Assembly: GCA_036630325.1 (NCBI GenBank)
Contig: CP142736.1
Coordinates: forward strand, 372,001-436,000
Length of the DNA: 64,000 nucleotides
Origin: Vairimorpha necatrix
Lineage: Eukaryota
Direction of reading: 5' to 3'
The notes beneath the pieces are model-generated. The model saw only the letters and a list, made by a program, of their open reading frames with translations. It was not told where the DNA came from and made no database searches. Shown piece after piece: positions 20,674-33,467 of the stretch. Made by a program: the position numbers and the translations under genes. Each line of letters starts with the position of its first letter. Position 1 is the stretch's first letter.

Positions 20674-23373
20674 CAGAGGTGGGCAAAAGCCGGCCCGCGG
20701 GCCGGATCCGGCCCTTTTGCTAATTTTATCCGGCCCGCTGAAAAATTCTAACGCAATTTTTTTAAAACTCTTTATGAGATTTTGTTGACATAAACATTAT
20801 TAGTATGCGAACTGTATATATAATAGGCGAAATAAAATAAGCGTTTGGCTGATTACACTAGTGTGAACGATGCGGGTCGCTCGCATGGCGGGGTTTTCAT
20901 CGAACACAAAGTAGATCGCGCTAGGTTTAAAATGCATGTGTGGACGACATATGCTGCACTCCTCTTAGCCTCTCAATGTTTGGGGGACGGCAGATCGCAG
21001 CCCAGGTATTGTTAATTATTATTTTATTCTGGTCGCATACTTATTTTTAGTTCGAATCTACCATTGGTTTGCATATATAAAATTGAAAAAGTGGACTTTT
21101 TGTAAGTAAATTTTTAAAACCTTGTTGTTTTTATATTGTTTTTATTTAACTTATTTTTTCGTAGCCCTTTTAAAATGAGAGAAACTAAAAAAAGAAAAGT
21201 TGATTTGGAATGCAGAAACTTCAATGAAGCTTGGACGGTAAAATATCTTTTTACAAACATTAATAAGAAAGCAATTTGTTTAGTTTGTCAGGAAACAATT
21301 GCTGTTTTCAAAGAATACAATTTAAGCAGGCATTTTACAACAAAACATCCAAAATATGCATCACTTTCTTTACAAGAACTTCAAAACATAGCTGAAAACT
21401 TAACAAAAAACTTGAATACGCAACAAAAAAATTTTACCAAACGAATTGATATTGTAAAATCTACTACAAAAGCAAGTCATGTTGTCGCACAAAAATTGCT
21501 AAGTTCTGTAAGCCGTTTTCAGAAGCAGAATTTGTTAAACAATGCATGGTACAAGTGTCGGAGATATGTTGTCCCGAAAAGAAACATATTGTTAAAAATC
21601 TAAGCCTTTCGAGAAGAACAATAGTACTCCGGATTGAAAATATTTCAGGAAACTTACTTGACCAGCTAAGCAGAAAAATTGCTGATTTTACCTATTGTTC
21701 TCTGGCTAGATGAGTCCTGCGATATTACTGATACAAGTCAATTATTAATATTTATTCGCGGCATTAATAAGAAATGTGAAATTATCGAGGAACTTCTTAG
21801 TGTGCATCCAATGAAAAATACAACTACTGGTAAAGACTTTTTTCTCGCTGTTGAAGAGTGTTTAATTAAAGTTAGTTTAATTTGGAATAAAATAGTAAGC
21901 GGCACTACGGATGGCTGTCCTAGTTTAACAGGGAAAAATATAGGCTTACTTAAACGAATTCGCGACAAAGTAAAAAAGTTTCAATTAGAACATGATATAA
22001 TATTTTTGCACTGCATTATTCACCAAGAAATGCTGTGCAGAAAAGTTTTGAAATTGAATCACGTCGTTACTGTTGTGACCAAAGTTGTAAATTTTATCCG
22101 AGGACGTGCCTTAAATCATCGACAGTTTCTTGAATTTTTGAAAGAAATTGAAAGTGACTACTACGAAATTCAATATTACACTAAAGTGAGATGGCTTAGC
22201 ATTAATAAAGTTTTACATAGATTTCAATATTTGCTTGATGAAATAGTATCATTCTTGTCGATAAAAGAAAAACTACAAGATTTTACTGAATTACAAAATG
22301 AGGCTTGGCTAAACGATTTTTCGTTTTTTAGTAGATATAGTTAAATATTTGAATGAACTAAATATAAATTTACAAGGTAAAAACCAATTCGCTTTAATAT
22401 GCACTCAACCGTCAAAGCATTTATGAAAAAACTCGATTTATTTGCTGAAAACTTTTATAATAAATTATTAAATCATTTCCCCCATTGCAAGCACTGCGAG
22501 AATCATTAAAAAATACAGATTTTAGTAAATAAAGTGCAATAACACAAGACCTGCATTCTGAATTCAAATGAAGATTTAAAAGATATTGAAAAACCTTTAT
22601 CATTAATTAGCCATCCTTTCAATTTCGACGTGCAAGAAGCTCCTGTTGAAATTCAACTATAACTAATTGACTTACAATCAAATAAATTACTAAAAGAAAA
22701 TTTTCACTCAAACGAATTGAGTGCTTTCTATGGCTCGTTAAATAATGAACATTTCAAACATTTAAAACTATGCTCAGAAACATCTTGTTTTATTTGATTT
22801 GACTTATATTTGTGAAAGAACTTTTTCTTTAATGGTTTCAACGAAAAATAAGTATCGATCACAAATTACTGACTGAAATCTAAACTCGGTATTAAGGATT
22901 GCTACAAGTGATTTAGAACCTAATTTTGAAGAAATAATGTCGGATGAATATTCGACATTTCACGTTTCGCATTAACATTAAATATTTATTTTAACGTTTG
23001 ATGTTTTTTTTATTTTTTGAATTTTTTTTACTATTATATTTAGAGATGCAATATAAATGTTAAATTGTAATAACCATGTGTCAATATCAAATAATTAATA
23101 TCGCTAGGACATAAATAAGTAACAAAATAAAACCTTTTATTGTGTGGTCTATCTAATAGCCATTTATTATAATAATATTTCCTTAGAAGGTACTTGACAT
23201 ATTATATTCTAATTGAAATGATACTTAATATTTTTGTTAAAAAAATACGCAGGGAAAAAACTTCATCCAAAATTTCCGCTTGTGTAAAGCAAAGCCGAAA
23301 TAGTCCTCCGGCCCGGGAGACATTTTAAAAAATTCATTTTGGCCCACAGCTTTAAAGTGTTTGCCCACCTCTG
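20674..23373 (+). mobile_element. hAT (Buster/Charlie/SPIN-like) DNA transposon, 2.7 kb
   Basis: 14-bp TIR cagaggtgggcaaa / tttgcccacctctg, subterminal ggccc palindromes, GTF2IRD2-like transposase. Confidence 0.95.
21175..22975 (+). pseudogene. hAT transposase pseudogene
   Basis: BED-like CLVC...RHFTTKH, LDESCD, TTDG, HCIIHQE and VRWLS motifs; multiple frameshifts and stops. Confidence 0.92.
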
Positions 23374-24277
23374 GTATATACCAATACCATATAAAGGAAT
23401 TGGTGATCTTGAAAAATTCCATATCAAATAAAAAGATTCGTTCGACGCGCAAAGCATTATTTGTAAAATATATCCTTTAAATATATTTAACAACCCCATT
23501 GTTAGAGCTTATTTACATCATTCATGTTATTTTTTATTTTTGTTACTTCCTCATCATTTTCTTTCCTTCAATTTCTAAAAAGGACAAAAAACTTCTATAT
23601 TGAAATTTTGTAACTAAAACTGACTTTAGTCAATATTTTCATTGTAAACATATTTATATTAATTTATGATTTAAAAAACGGGGTTATGGCTTGCAATTAG
23701 ATTTTTATGGCATAAACAATAAATTGTCCGTTTGCTACTTTGTTGATTTATATAGCAGATCAAAGATAAAACTAAAAGTCTTAGTATTTCAAACATCATT
23801 GAGTCAATAATAATATCAAATTTATAAAATATGATACATTGACCTTATAAAAGTAAAGATATATCTTTTTATATGGAGTTATTTCTTACAAAATCATATA
23901 TAACAATTTAATATATTTATAATAGTATTGATTACATATAAATAGAAGAATCTTATATTATCATATTTCATATGCGCCTTTCTAAATTTTTTTTGATTGC
24001 GTTTCTCGTCGTTTTTTTAGGATATTAAAATCAAGGTTTAAATTAAATGTTTGTTTATATGTTTAAGGTGTTCTAAATGAGAACGCCATTGATGTGAAAA
24101 ATTGAAATATGTATAAATAAAATTTTTCAATATCTTATTGTATAAAATTACATACCATAAATTATGCCATTTTTAGATTCGTAAGGATAAGATGTTTGTG
24201 TAAATGGTAAGTTTCCTAAATCCATGCATCGTAAAGATAATATGTTAGATGCTAAAAATGTGACAGATAAATTTAAG

Positions 24278-24649
24278 TGTGATGTACATTACTACATCAC
24301 ATAAGCAGTTGTCAATACTAGCAGCTGTCAAAACTATCACATGTCGAAACTATCAACCGGCGAACATTTCAAGTTGCATGTCAAGATGAGTCACACAAAC
24401 AAACGAAAGTTGCATGGTCGTTACTACATTCGTAAGTACGCCAATGTTTGTAGTTTAGTGTTGACAACAATCTTTAAATTAAAAATAAACTATAAAAGAA
24501 ATATTGCTGAGAAGGGGACGCGGAAATGATTAGAGAAGATTCATTAAACAATCAGAACAAATATCATAATAAACTTAATAAAACTATTAACATTAACAAT
24601 TATTTAGAACAATATTACAAAAATGGCCATGTACCCCGGATACATGACA
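24278..24649 (+). mobile_element. Solo LTR (peptide-encoding LTR family)
   Basis: TGTGATGTA...TACATGACA, TSD ttaag/ataag (4/5). Open micro-ORF from 24526 reads MIREDS...NNYLEQYYKNGHVPRIHD. Confidence 0.75.
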
Positions 24650-25656
24650 ATAAGTAAGAAAAACTTTACATTTAAATTTTAAAAACCTCAAACGTTGGTT
24701 TAACCCGGGTAATATTCTATAAAAACTTTATGGAAAGTCTAATGGCATCAACAATCTACAGTGCTATTATTAATTTATATGAATAATTATTACACAAAAT
24801 TATAGTTAGCATTTTTTTAAAATTGTCGATTATTCAGAATTAAAATTAATATTAATAATAAAATCGAAAGAGTATTAAAATAATATATCGGTACATATTT
24901 CTAGTGTTTATTTAACATATTTTTCAAGTAGCGAAGGAGGTGACTTGTTGAATGTAATACTCTCATAAGTTTGGGCATGTCATCGTCGTAATCTTCATTA
25001 TTCCTTTTCAGATATCTACTTACTTCTTATACGTACATTTCATATTGATATTCTCATAACGCATCATGATTTTTTTTTAAAAATTTATTTCAGAAAATTC
25101 GTCGATGGGTTTGACAGTTAAAAGTTTAATATTACGTGAAAACATTAATATAACAAAGGGGATTTTACAATACCTAGGAGAAAAAAAACATTTTTTTTTT
25201 GTTTATAAGAGCTAAGTTGTACTATTTTTGCGAAATAAAAATCAAGAAATCTTTTGAATTATGCATAGCTGAAACTTTTAATAGACAAATAATGTTTTAA
25301 AATACAGAAGCATTTCTTATCTACCTTTTTACGGTTAAACAGACGATAGCCGATTTTTTCACATTATAGCAGATAATTAAAAAGATCAAAAATTAATTAA
25401 ATATTAAAAATAAGGTACTTTATGCAATAATGTATTTATTACGCCAGTATATAATTGGTCAATACAAAATTTTTACATTATAAATAATGATTTGACATCT
25501 CTCTGTGATTCTATAATAAAATGTCAAAAAAAAATCTATAATTGTTGTAAATAGTTTATATTTTATAATTTTTAATATATTTATAAAATATTTTTGGAAA
25601 TACGGTTGAAAAATATGACATGAGACTATATATATATAATTTTCAAAATCTACCCC

Positions 25657-28459
25657 ATGATTAAACGGCTCTATTTAATACTAACAACTGTTTTTATTTG
25701 TTTGTTATTTTTCAATCAAAGTATTGCGCATATAGTAAAAAATAAAGAAATGATGACGAAAACTATGGATACCTATCTTAGTAATATGGCAGAAAAGCAT
25801 GATGATATTGATGAATTAAGATTTTCCGACCAGCCAGAAAAAAAGCCCTATTACAGATGTTGAAAACTTTTGTCATAATAATACTGAATTAACGACATCA
25901 TTTAATTTGCGCAACGAACATATCATAATTCAAAGTCCTTTTGCGAATGAAAACAAAGAAATAACAAATAATATCGATTTTGTAGTTCTTAAACATGTAT
26001 GTAATAAGTTTTTTCAATTATTATTAACGAAAAATGAATTTAATAGTAGGCTGAGGCAGATTTATCTTGCCACAAATAAAACTTATTCGTATACCAAGAA
26101 CTTGGAGGAGCTTTTTTATATATCAGTTAAAAATTATGCTTGCAATGTAGAATTACACCCATCTATCAAAATTTTGTATTTTGAATATTTGAAAGATTTT
26201 GTAGCCGAAAGTTTTGAACTGATATTTATATTATCTAGTAAAAAATTTCAAAGATCGTTTTTGACGCCACTAGAATATGAACGGATATGGTCTGATATAG
26301 ATAAATGTATTGAAATAAAATTTTATACTAATAGTGAGGATAAATTAGAAAAAATGTTCGATGGCATAAAATACAAGAAAATTGTAGGTAACCTCCAAAA
26401 ACTTGCTGATAGATTAAATGATCAATTTTATGCAACCAATAGAGCTAAAAATCAGATGCCTAGTTTTTTGGAATATATGTCAGCTGCTACTAATGGATTA
26501 TCTTTGCTAAAATACATGAGTCAGATATCAAATAAAAATAATGTATTGCCTACTGAAATGGTAATGTATGATGATCATAATAATCTGCGCGAAACAACTA
26601 CTCGATATTCTTCGGTTATAGATGATAATCCTTATGGATATATAGCCAATTCAAATTACGACTATAGCAGAGAACCTGAATTACCATTTGATGTGCAAAT
26701 TAAAAATAATGACAATTCTACTAAAGTCGGCAAAAATGAATATAGCACAATTAAAAGTGACATTGACTCTGCTGCCGACACAATAAGAATTTTCCACTTT
26801 GATACCACAACAAAGGTCGATTCTTCTACTGAGACAACTAAAAAATCAGACGAAGAAACAGCAACAAGAAAACATTTGGTTAGTTCAACAACAGACAACC
26901 ATTTTTCAGTTATAACTGAAGTTGATACAATCAGTTCACAATATAATAATTCTTTTGATCGAATTACAACAGAAGAGAATTCTACTAATATGACTCGAAT
27001 AAAACACGAAGAAAAAACTGCAAGAGAAATTTATACAAATAGTTCAACAAACGATGATTTATTTGGTACAACTACAAAAGAAGAGCATTCTACATATAAA
27101 ACAGTGAAAAGTTCTGACGACGAAAATACAACGGAAGTTAATACGTTAAGTTCAACGATAGATGATTCATTTTTTAAAACTACAAAAAAAGAGGATGCTG
27201 CTAATGTAACAACAAAAATTTATGAGGAAGAAACAACAACAGAAACTAATAAGAGTGTAACAATCAATGATTTTGTGTATAAAGCCCCCGAAGAGACCAT
27301 TTCGACAACTGTTTTAAACGTTTCTAGTAGTGAAGAGATATTAACTGACGGATTCTTGACTGTCGTTGATTTTAATACTTCTGTATCTCCATCACCATAC
27401 ATAAAAATTAATGATGCGAATGATGATAATTTTAAAACAGAATTACCTTCAACAATTACAACCGAAATAAACAAGATAGATAAGATTAAAAAAAGTTCTT
27501 ATGACGAAAATGATAAAAATAATACTCAGCCGATTAGATATTATTTACCTGATCAAAATTATAATAACCAAGATCCGTCCATTGAATCTGGTCCCAAAGG
27601 ACCAGGTTTATTATCGAAAGTCGTCAAAAAAGTCATTGATGTGGGCTCGGACGCTGTAGATGCAGTTGAAGATATAGCTGTAGAAGCTGGTGGTGCGATA
27701 GCTAAAAAAGGCATAAGAAAAGTCACTAAGCGTATAGACAAAGGAATGCAAGCAGCCAAGGGAGCTTTAGATGCCATAGGCGTTGGTTCAGATATTGGCT
27801 CTGGTTTACAATCTATAGTAAAAAATGAGGGAAATTCAAAAAACTTTCCAATAAAAAAAAAATCAACAGGAATACAAAAGCAAAAAACGCATGGAAAGTA
27901 TAATTTAAAGTCAAAAAAAAATAGTAGACAACAGTCAGTCGAAGGAACTAAAAAATCAGCAAGAGATAAAGGAGGAAAAACTAAAAATACAGATGGAAAG
28001 GAAGAAAAGAAAACTAAAAAACCAGTAAAAGATAAAGAAAGGAAAACTAAAAATACAATTAGTAAAGAAGAGAAGAAAATTAAAAAACCAGAAAAAGATA
28101 AAGAAAGGAAAACTAAAAATACAATTAGTAAAGAAGAGAAGAAAATTAAAAAACCAGTAAGAGATAAAGAAAGAAAAACTAAAAAACCAGTCAAAGATAA
28201 AAAAAGAACTGCAAAAAAATCAGGAGAAAACAATAAAAAGGAAAAAAGTGATCAGTATAAAATGGCTAAGAATAAATCAAAAGATTTTTTTAGTGGAATT
28301 GCGGACGTTTTAAAACTTAATTGGAAAATATTGACCGCATTATTGGGTTTTATATTACCTATTATTGCCGTATTATGTAGTTGTTTTGGAAAAACAATGT
28401 TTAAATGTTGTAGCCCGAAGAAGAAAAATATCGACGAGGAGAAAAAAGAATTGAGTTAA
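25657..28459 (+). CDS. Lineage-specific mucin-like type I membrane protein (family S), apparently frameshifted in an A7 run near 25840
   Basis: ccccATG start and signal peptide. ORF 25657-25863 aligns to the N-terminus and ORF 25907-28459 to the rest of paralog 16242-18155. T/S-rich stalk, K-rich repeats, TM, Cys tail. Confidence 0.85.
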
Positions 28460-30236
28460 AATAAACAAATTTTTATTTTCTTTACATATAAATACATCAT
28501 TATATGCTTGAAATATACAAAAAAGTTTTAATCTACATTAACATATCAAAACGCCGGAAGGATATGGTGATAAAATATAGGTCATAGCATGGATTTAAAA
28601 AAATACAGTTACTGAGACATTAATAAATTATATTTATAGTAAATGCTTAGTTCTTATAACACCATAATCTACAAAATAAACGCTTTTCGACAATATTAGC
28701 AACACCGAGATTAAAATAATAGTGACATTATTTCGCTGATTATTATTATATTATATTATATGGAAAAGGAGATATTTGATATAAACCCTGTCATGGCCGA
28801 TCAAATACTGACTAATCATATTCTAGAAAACGTACTGATGTGATTGGCCACAAAAAAGTATAGAAAATATATCAAAAGGATGGAATTAAAATGCAATAAA
28901 GTTTTTGACATTAATACATTAAAAAACTTTTGACTCTTTTCGCCCTATATCTTACTTGTTTGTCGATAATTGTATCTAAATCTCTCCCATTTCAGTATTT
29001 TAAAGAGAAGATACTCTTCTTGAATCTTAGTCCTTTTCTTAAAAGATAAAAATTATATTTATAAGAAGTTAATTGGATTGATTATTCTATTTTTTTATTA
29101 TTAAACTGTTTAATTTCTTGGTTTGTCTTTCTTTTTGCCCCAAGGACACTAGTTTCGAGTCCACGGGCGTAAAAAATAGTGTAAAAATAAAAACGTAGTC
29201 TGAAATAGCTAAAAATCAGAGATAAGGTAAAATTTTATGTATATATATAAAAAAACAAAACTAGAATAAACAAAATTATTATCGTAAAGTGGGGAATGAT
29301 ACATGACTGGTCCAGCTCGACAGCCCCCCTGCCGCTACATTTAACAACAAATTTATATAATTTAACTTAAAAATTTTTGCGAAAAAAAAAAATTGAGAAA
29401 GATCCATAAAAATGATATTGAGATAAAAAACAAATCAGCAACATATAAACAAATAACACATTTTATGTCGCGAGCCTAGGCAGTTACAGGCCGAACTAAT
29501 ATGCAACATTACTTATTTTTTTATTTATATTCTATGCTGTATATTTTCATAATTTTTTACCAATATCTTTGATCAGTAACTAATTACATGAAACTTTTTT
29601 TTGTGCACTCAATTTTTGAGCTCATAAGACTCGAATCAAGAGCGTAGGAAAACTCGATTCCAGACCACTGAGCAAAACATCTAGTAAAAAAATAATTAGA
29701 ATATTTAAATCAAACATAACTTCCTTTCAAAAATATTTTTTATTTTTTATATGAATTGGCTCAAAACTCATAAAAAAATATGATTTTTTGTTTAAATTTG
29801 CAAGGAGATGATTTGAGTAGTAACTTTGACAAACAAGTATGGTAAAGGCCAAAAAAGAGCTGAGAAGTTTCTTCTTGAGGTAAATTAATCTTTCGGGGAT
29901 ATTAGTAATTTGTTTAAAACGTAGTAGTAGAGAGTAAAGTGCATTTTTTGAAGGTCATAATATAATTTTCACAAAGTCAATATTACCATAGACACAATCT
30001 TCTGTATACGTTGTGTCATCGATCTTACTTCAATATCCTCGAAGTATTGTGCGAGAGGTTTGCAAGGAGTCAATGTTGTTTACGGGCGTAACTTATAAAA
30101 ACAAAGGAACCCTACAAGCATATATTGGCCAAGCGGCCCTTTGCGGGTTATTGTCAACCTAGTAGACATGAGAGTCTTTATCCAGAACGAAGGACATAGT
30201 TGGTTAACAATGCTATACTTAAATGTTGTATTTATC

Positions 30237-31549
30237 GGCCAAAAACCACTTTAGTCCCCCCTTACATATATAAATATCAATTTTTAAAAAATATCCCTTT
30301 TTTTCGAAAACCAAAATGAAAAAAAAGGAGGAGGAAAAAATTAAAATAATAAATTTAATAAAACTTTATAATAATTGTCTTTAGAGTTTCTAAGTAACAT
30401 AAATCTTAATAAAAAAGGGTAAATAAACGTTTTTGTTCTATATCTAAGCGGTGTTTGACGTTTTACAGCAGACCAATTACCTTCTATGGTGTTGGTATGA
30501 ACACAAGTAATGGGATCTTTAAACCATTTACTATGATTAACTGTACAATGATTAGCAATTATAGACTCCATTTTCGTATACCCTTTCCACATATCTGAAT
30601 AAACTGTCGATTGTTTATCTATATATGTTGAAATAAGGTTTAGTAAAGTATTTTTGCATCTATTTGGGACTGGAACAAGTAAAATTTTGTTTTTACAGTC
30701 CGTTCGACCATCCCAAATACCCACACATCTTCTACTTTATGGCCAACGTTGTATTTCCGTTTTCCAAATTTGCTTTCGTCAACTTCAACTATAATATCTT
30801 TACCTCCTAATGTTTCTCTTGCTTTTTCCATGTATTTGTGATAAACCTCGTGCAACAAAAACTGCTGAAGGGACCTCGAAACTGCACTGGAGGAAATACC
30901 TAACAATTTGACAATATGTAGAGGCGAGATTTTTGTCAGCCAGAGCTTCAGGATCTTTAACATGGTTATATGATCCAAGTGTGTTTTTGCAAAAATTGTA
31001 TTTGTAAAAAGACTCCTCTCTTTTTGGCATTTTTTACCAATGCATCTGACTACATTCGAAGTTTGCTGTCTTATTTTGACTTCTTTCCCACATTTTAAGC
31101 ATTTTATTAAAAGAAGTTTTTCTTTTATTTTATCATATGCTTTGTATATTTCTTCGTTGCTAAGCATGAAATAGGGTATTGAATAAAAAATTCTTTATCA
31201 GTGTTACTAAGAATACTAAAAAATCATTTATAATGATAAATGATTAAAAGAAGTTCAACAAATGAATTTATAGAAGATTTTGTTTACTTATTATTTTTTG
31301 TAAAAATTAAAAACATAAATACTAAATATGAAACATACGACGACTTAAAGAGTTAAATTTACATTTTTATAATTAATTTGACAAAATTTATATCATTATT
31401 TTTGGATATTCGATTATTTTAAACAGTACTTTTTTTTAATTTTTTTTCCTCCTCCTTTTTTTTTCATTTTGGTTTTCGAAAAAAAGGGATATTTTTTAAA
31501 ATTGATATTTATATATGTAAGGGGGGGGGGACTAAAGTGGGAAAGCTCC
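30237..31549 (-). mobile_element. Merlin transposon (duplicate of 2931-4242)
   Basis: Same TIRs, TSD tatttatc and frameshift; one G>D change (VEGVW to VEDVW). Confidence 0.95.
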
Positions 31550-31734
31550 TATTTATCTTTTGTTACAAGAAACAGATGGTCTATTATTAAATAAATTTAG
31601 GCGGGGGTTGACGCTAGATAATGTCCTTCGATTCAAATTATTAATTACATTGTTAAAAGTAATATAATTATTGTTTTAAAATTATGTGATATGATATTAT
31701 TTAAATATTTTAATATATTGTTTTAATATGAAAG

Positions 31735-32522
31735 AGCTCTTAGTCCAGTGGTCGAAGACAATGTTTCCATTGAGCAATGGCTGGGTTTGATTCCCAAGGG
31801 CTATAAAATTGCTTGTATTTTCTATGATACAGTTGGAACAACTCAGATAATGAAAATGTCCACGGAAATCATTAAGTTGATATAATGAAACTTGTGTGTG
31901 TCCAGCCACAAAGGAATATGCATCTAGTTAAGAAACGCACCTCAAAGCCGAAAACAGTATCCTCCTTGCGTGACTAAATAAAACAACAAAGTATCTGATG
32001 GGTACGACCAGTTGGAGCCCATGGCTGGTGCACTCTAGAGTGGGATACTAGAGCTAACTATGAGACTAAACGAAGTAGGGCAATATAACGTCTCGTGGGC
32101 CCTATCTTACATAATTCTGTAACACGGTGACCGAAACCAGTGGGAGACTAGTGGTCAACGCAGTTCAATGAAAATGCCGGGCTTGTGATGTGGTCGTGTA
32201 AGGAGCCGTGTGTGCGATACAGATGATTGTATGGACCTTTGAGTTAATACGATGATGTCTCTCTTCGGGCTATAGATAACCATGCACGTTAAGTATATCC
32301 GCTGTGAGATCACTCTGGACGCGATTTTAGAAATAAAAGGAAAATGTTCTCTTGGAGATAAAGTCCAATGAATACGGTGGAGCTTGCCGCGCCAGCAAGT
32401 TGTACGGAGAGAATTTGAGTGAGTAAGAATTTCAAAGTACCAGTTGGATAAGGATCACGCCCAAATCCTTCTGGTCCCTATGTAAGGTTTCTCCCTACTT
32501 CTTACTTGCAAAGAAAAAAAAA
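31735..32522 (+). ncRNA. Second copy of the tRNA-headed structured element
   Basis: Duplicate of 4428-5214 with a few substitutions. Confidence 0.5.
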
Positions 32523-32762
32523 TTATATATAAAACAAAATTATTTCCTACTGAAATCTATCTATTTGTAAAAAAATAATACATTTACAACATCAACACAA
32601 AAGCCCAATTTATTTATGAATAGCTAATAAACAAATTTTGAAATTAATAATGAAGGTTAAAATTGTGTTCAATCACAAATTCAAAAAAAGTACAACAAAG
32701 AAGAAAACCTGTACTTATCATATAGATGTGTTTTATTTTTTAATACCATTTCCTACATTAAT

Positions 32763-33467
32763 TTATGAGTGGGCTATCACAGTTCTATTGAAGCCATTGG
32801 CTACTACATTCTTTGCATCTAAAATTTCTATCAGTATAACTAATTTTTTAGGGAATCGAGACCAGTGGATACTGTTTAAAATTTTTATATAACTCAATAA
32901 ATTTTCTTTGCTTTTAATTTTATTATTAAGTAATACGATGACTGAATCACTATCAAGTTCTCTTTCGTGGCAGTTTTTGTATATTTGCTCTATGAAATTT
33001 TTTTTTATTCGTAGTTTTTCTGTTGATAGAGTTATATCTTGTTTGCTATGGTCAGGATTTTTTTGTTCATAAAACAACACTGTTATAGATTGTTTACTTG
33101 TCCATTGTTGCGTAAAAAAGTCGACTTTGTGTATATTTCCCGACATCGAAATACGTTTCAATCTCTCAGCATTTTCATTACTTATTATCTCGTAGCTTAC
33201 CGTATGCCTCATTGATGAAAGAATAAATCCTAATACTAAACATATAATAAGTGTGAAAATAGACACTAAAAAGGAAAATTGACCACAAGTTAATGCGGTG
33301 TAGATTAAAGAAAATGCTAATAATCCTAATATTAAAAATGAAATCGAATAAGAAGCTGTTATTATGGAGAAATCGAATACATACTCAGTAATTATAACTG
33401 AAGTAATTATAAATAATAGAGCTATAAGTAACATCAATAAAATATTTTTCTTAGAATGTAAATTCAT
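32763..33467 (-). CDS. Family T membrane protein (duplicate of 5468-6172)
   Basis: Start assigned to MNLHSKK by homology; three amino-acid differences from copy 1. Confidence 0.85.
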   Translation of the reverse strand: MNLHSKKNILLMLLIALLFIITSVIITEYVFDFSIITASYSISFLILGLLAFSLIYTALTCGQFSFLVSIFTLIICLVLGFILSSMRHTVSYEIISNENAERLKRISMSGNIHKVDFFTQQWTSKQSITVLFYEQKNPDHSKQDITLSTEKLRIKKNFIEQIYKNCHERELDSDSVIVLLNNKIKSKENLLSYIKILNSIHWSRFPKKLVILIEILDAKNVVANGFNRTVIAHS

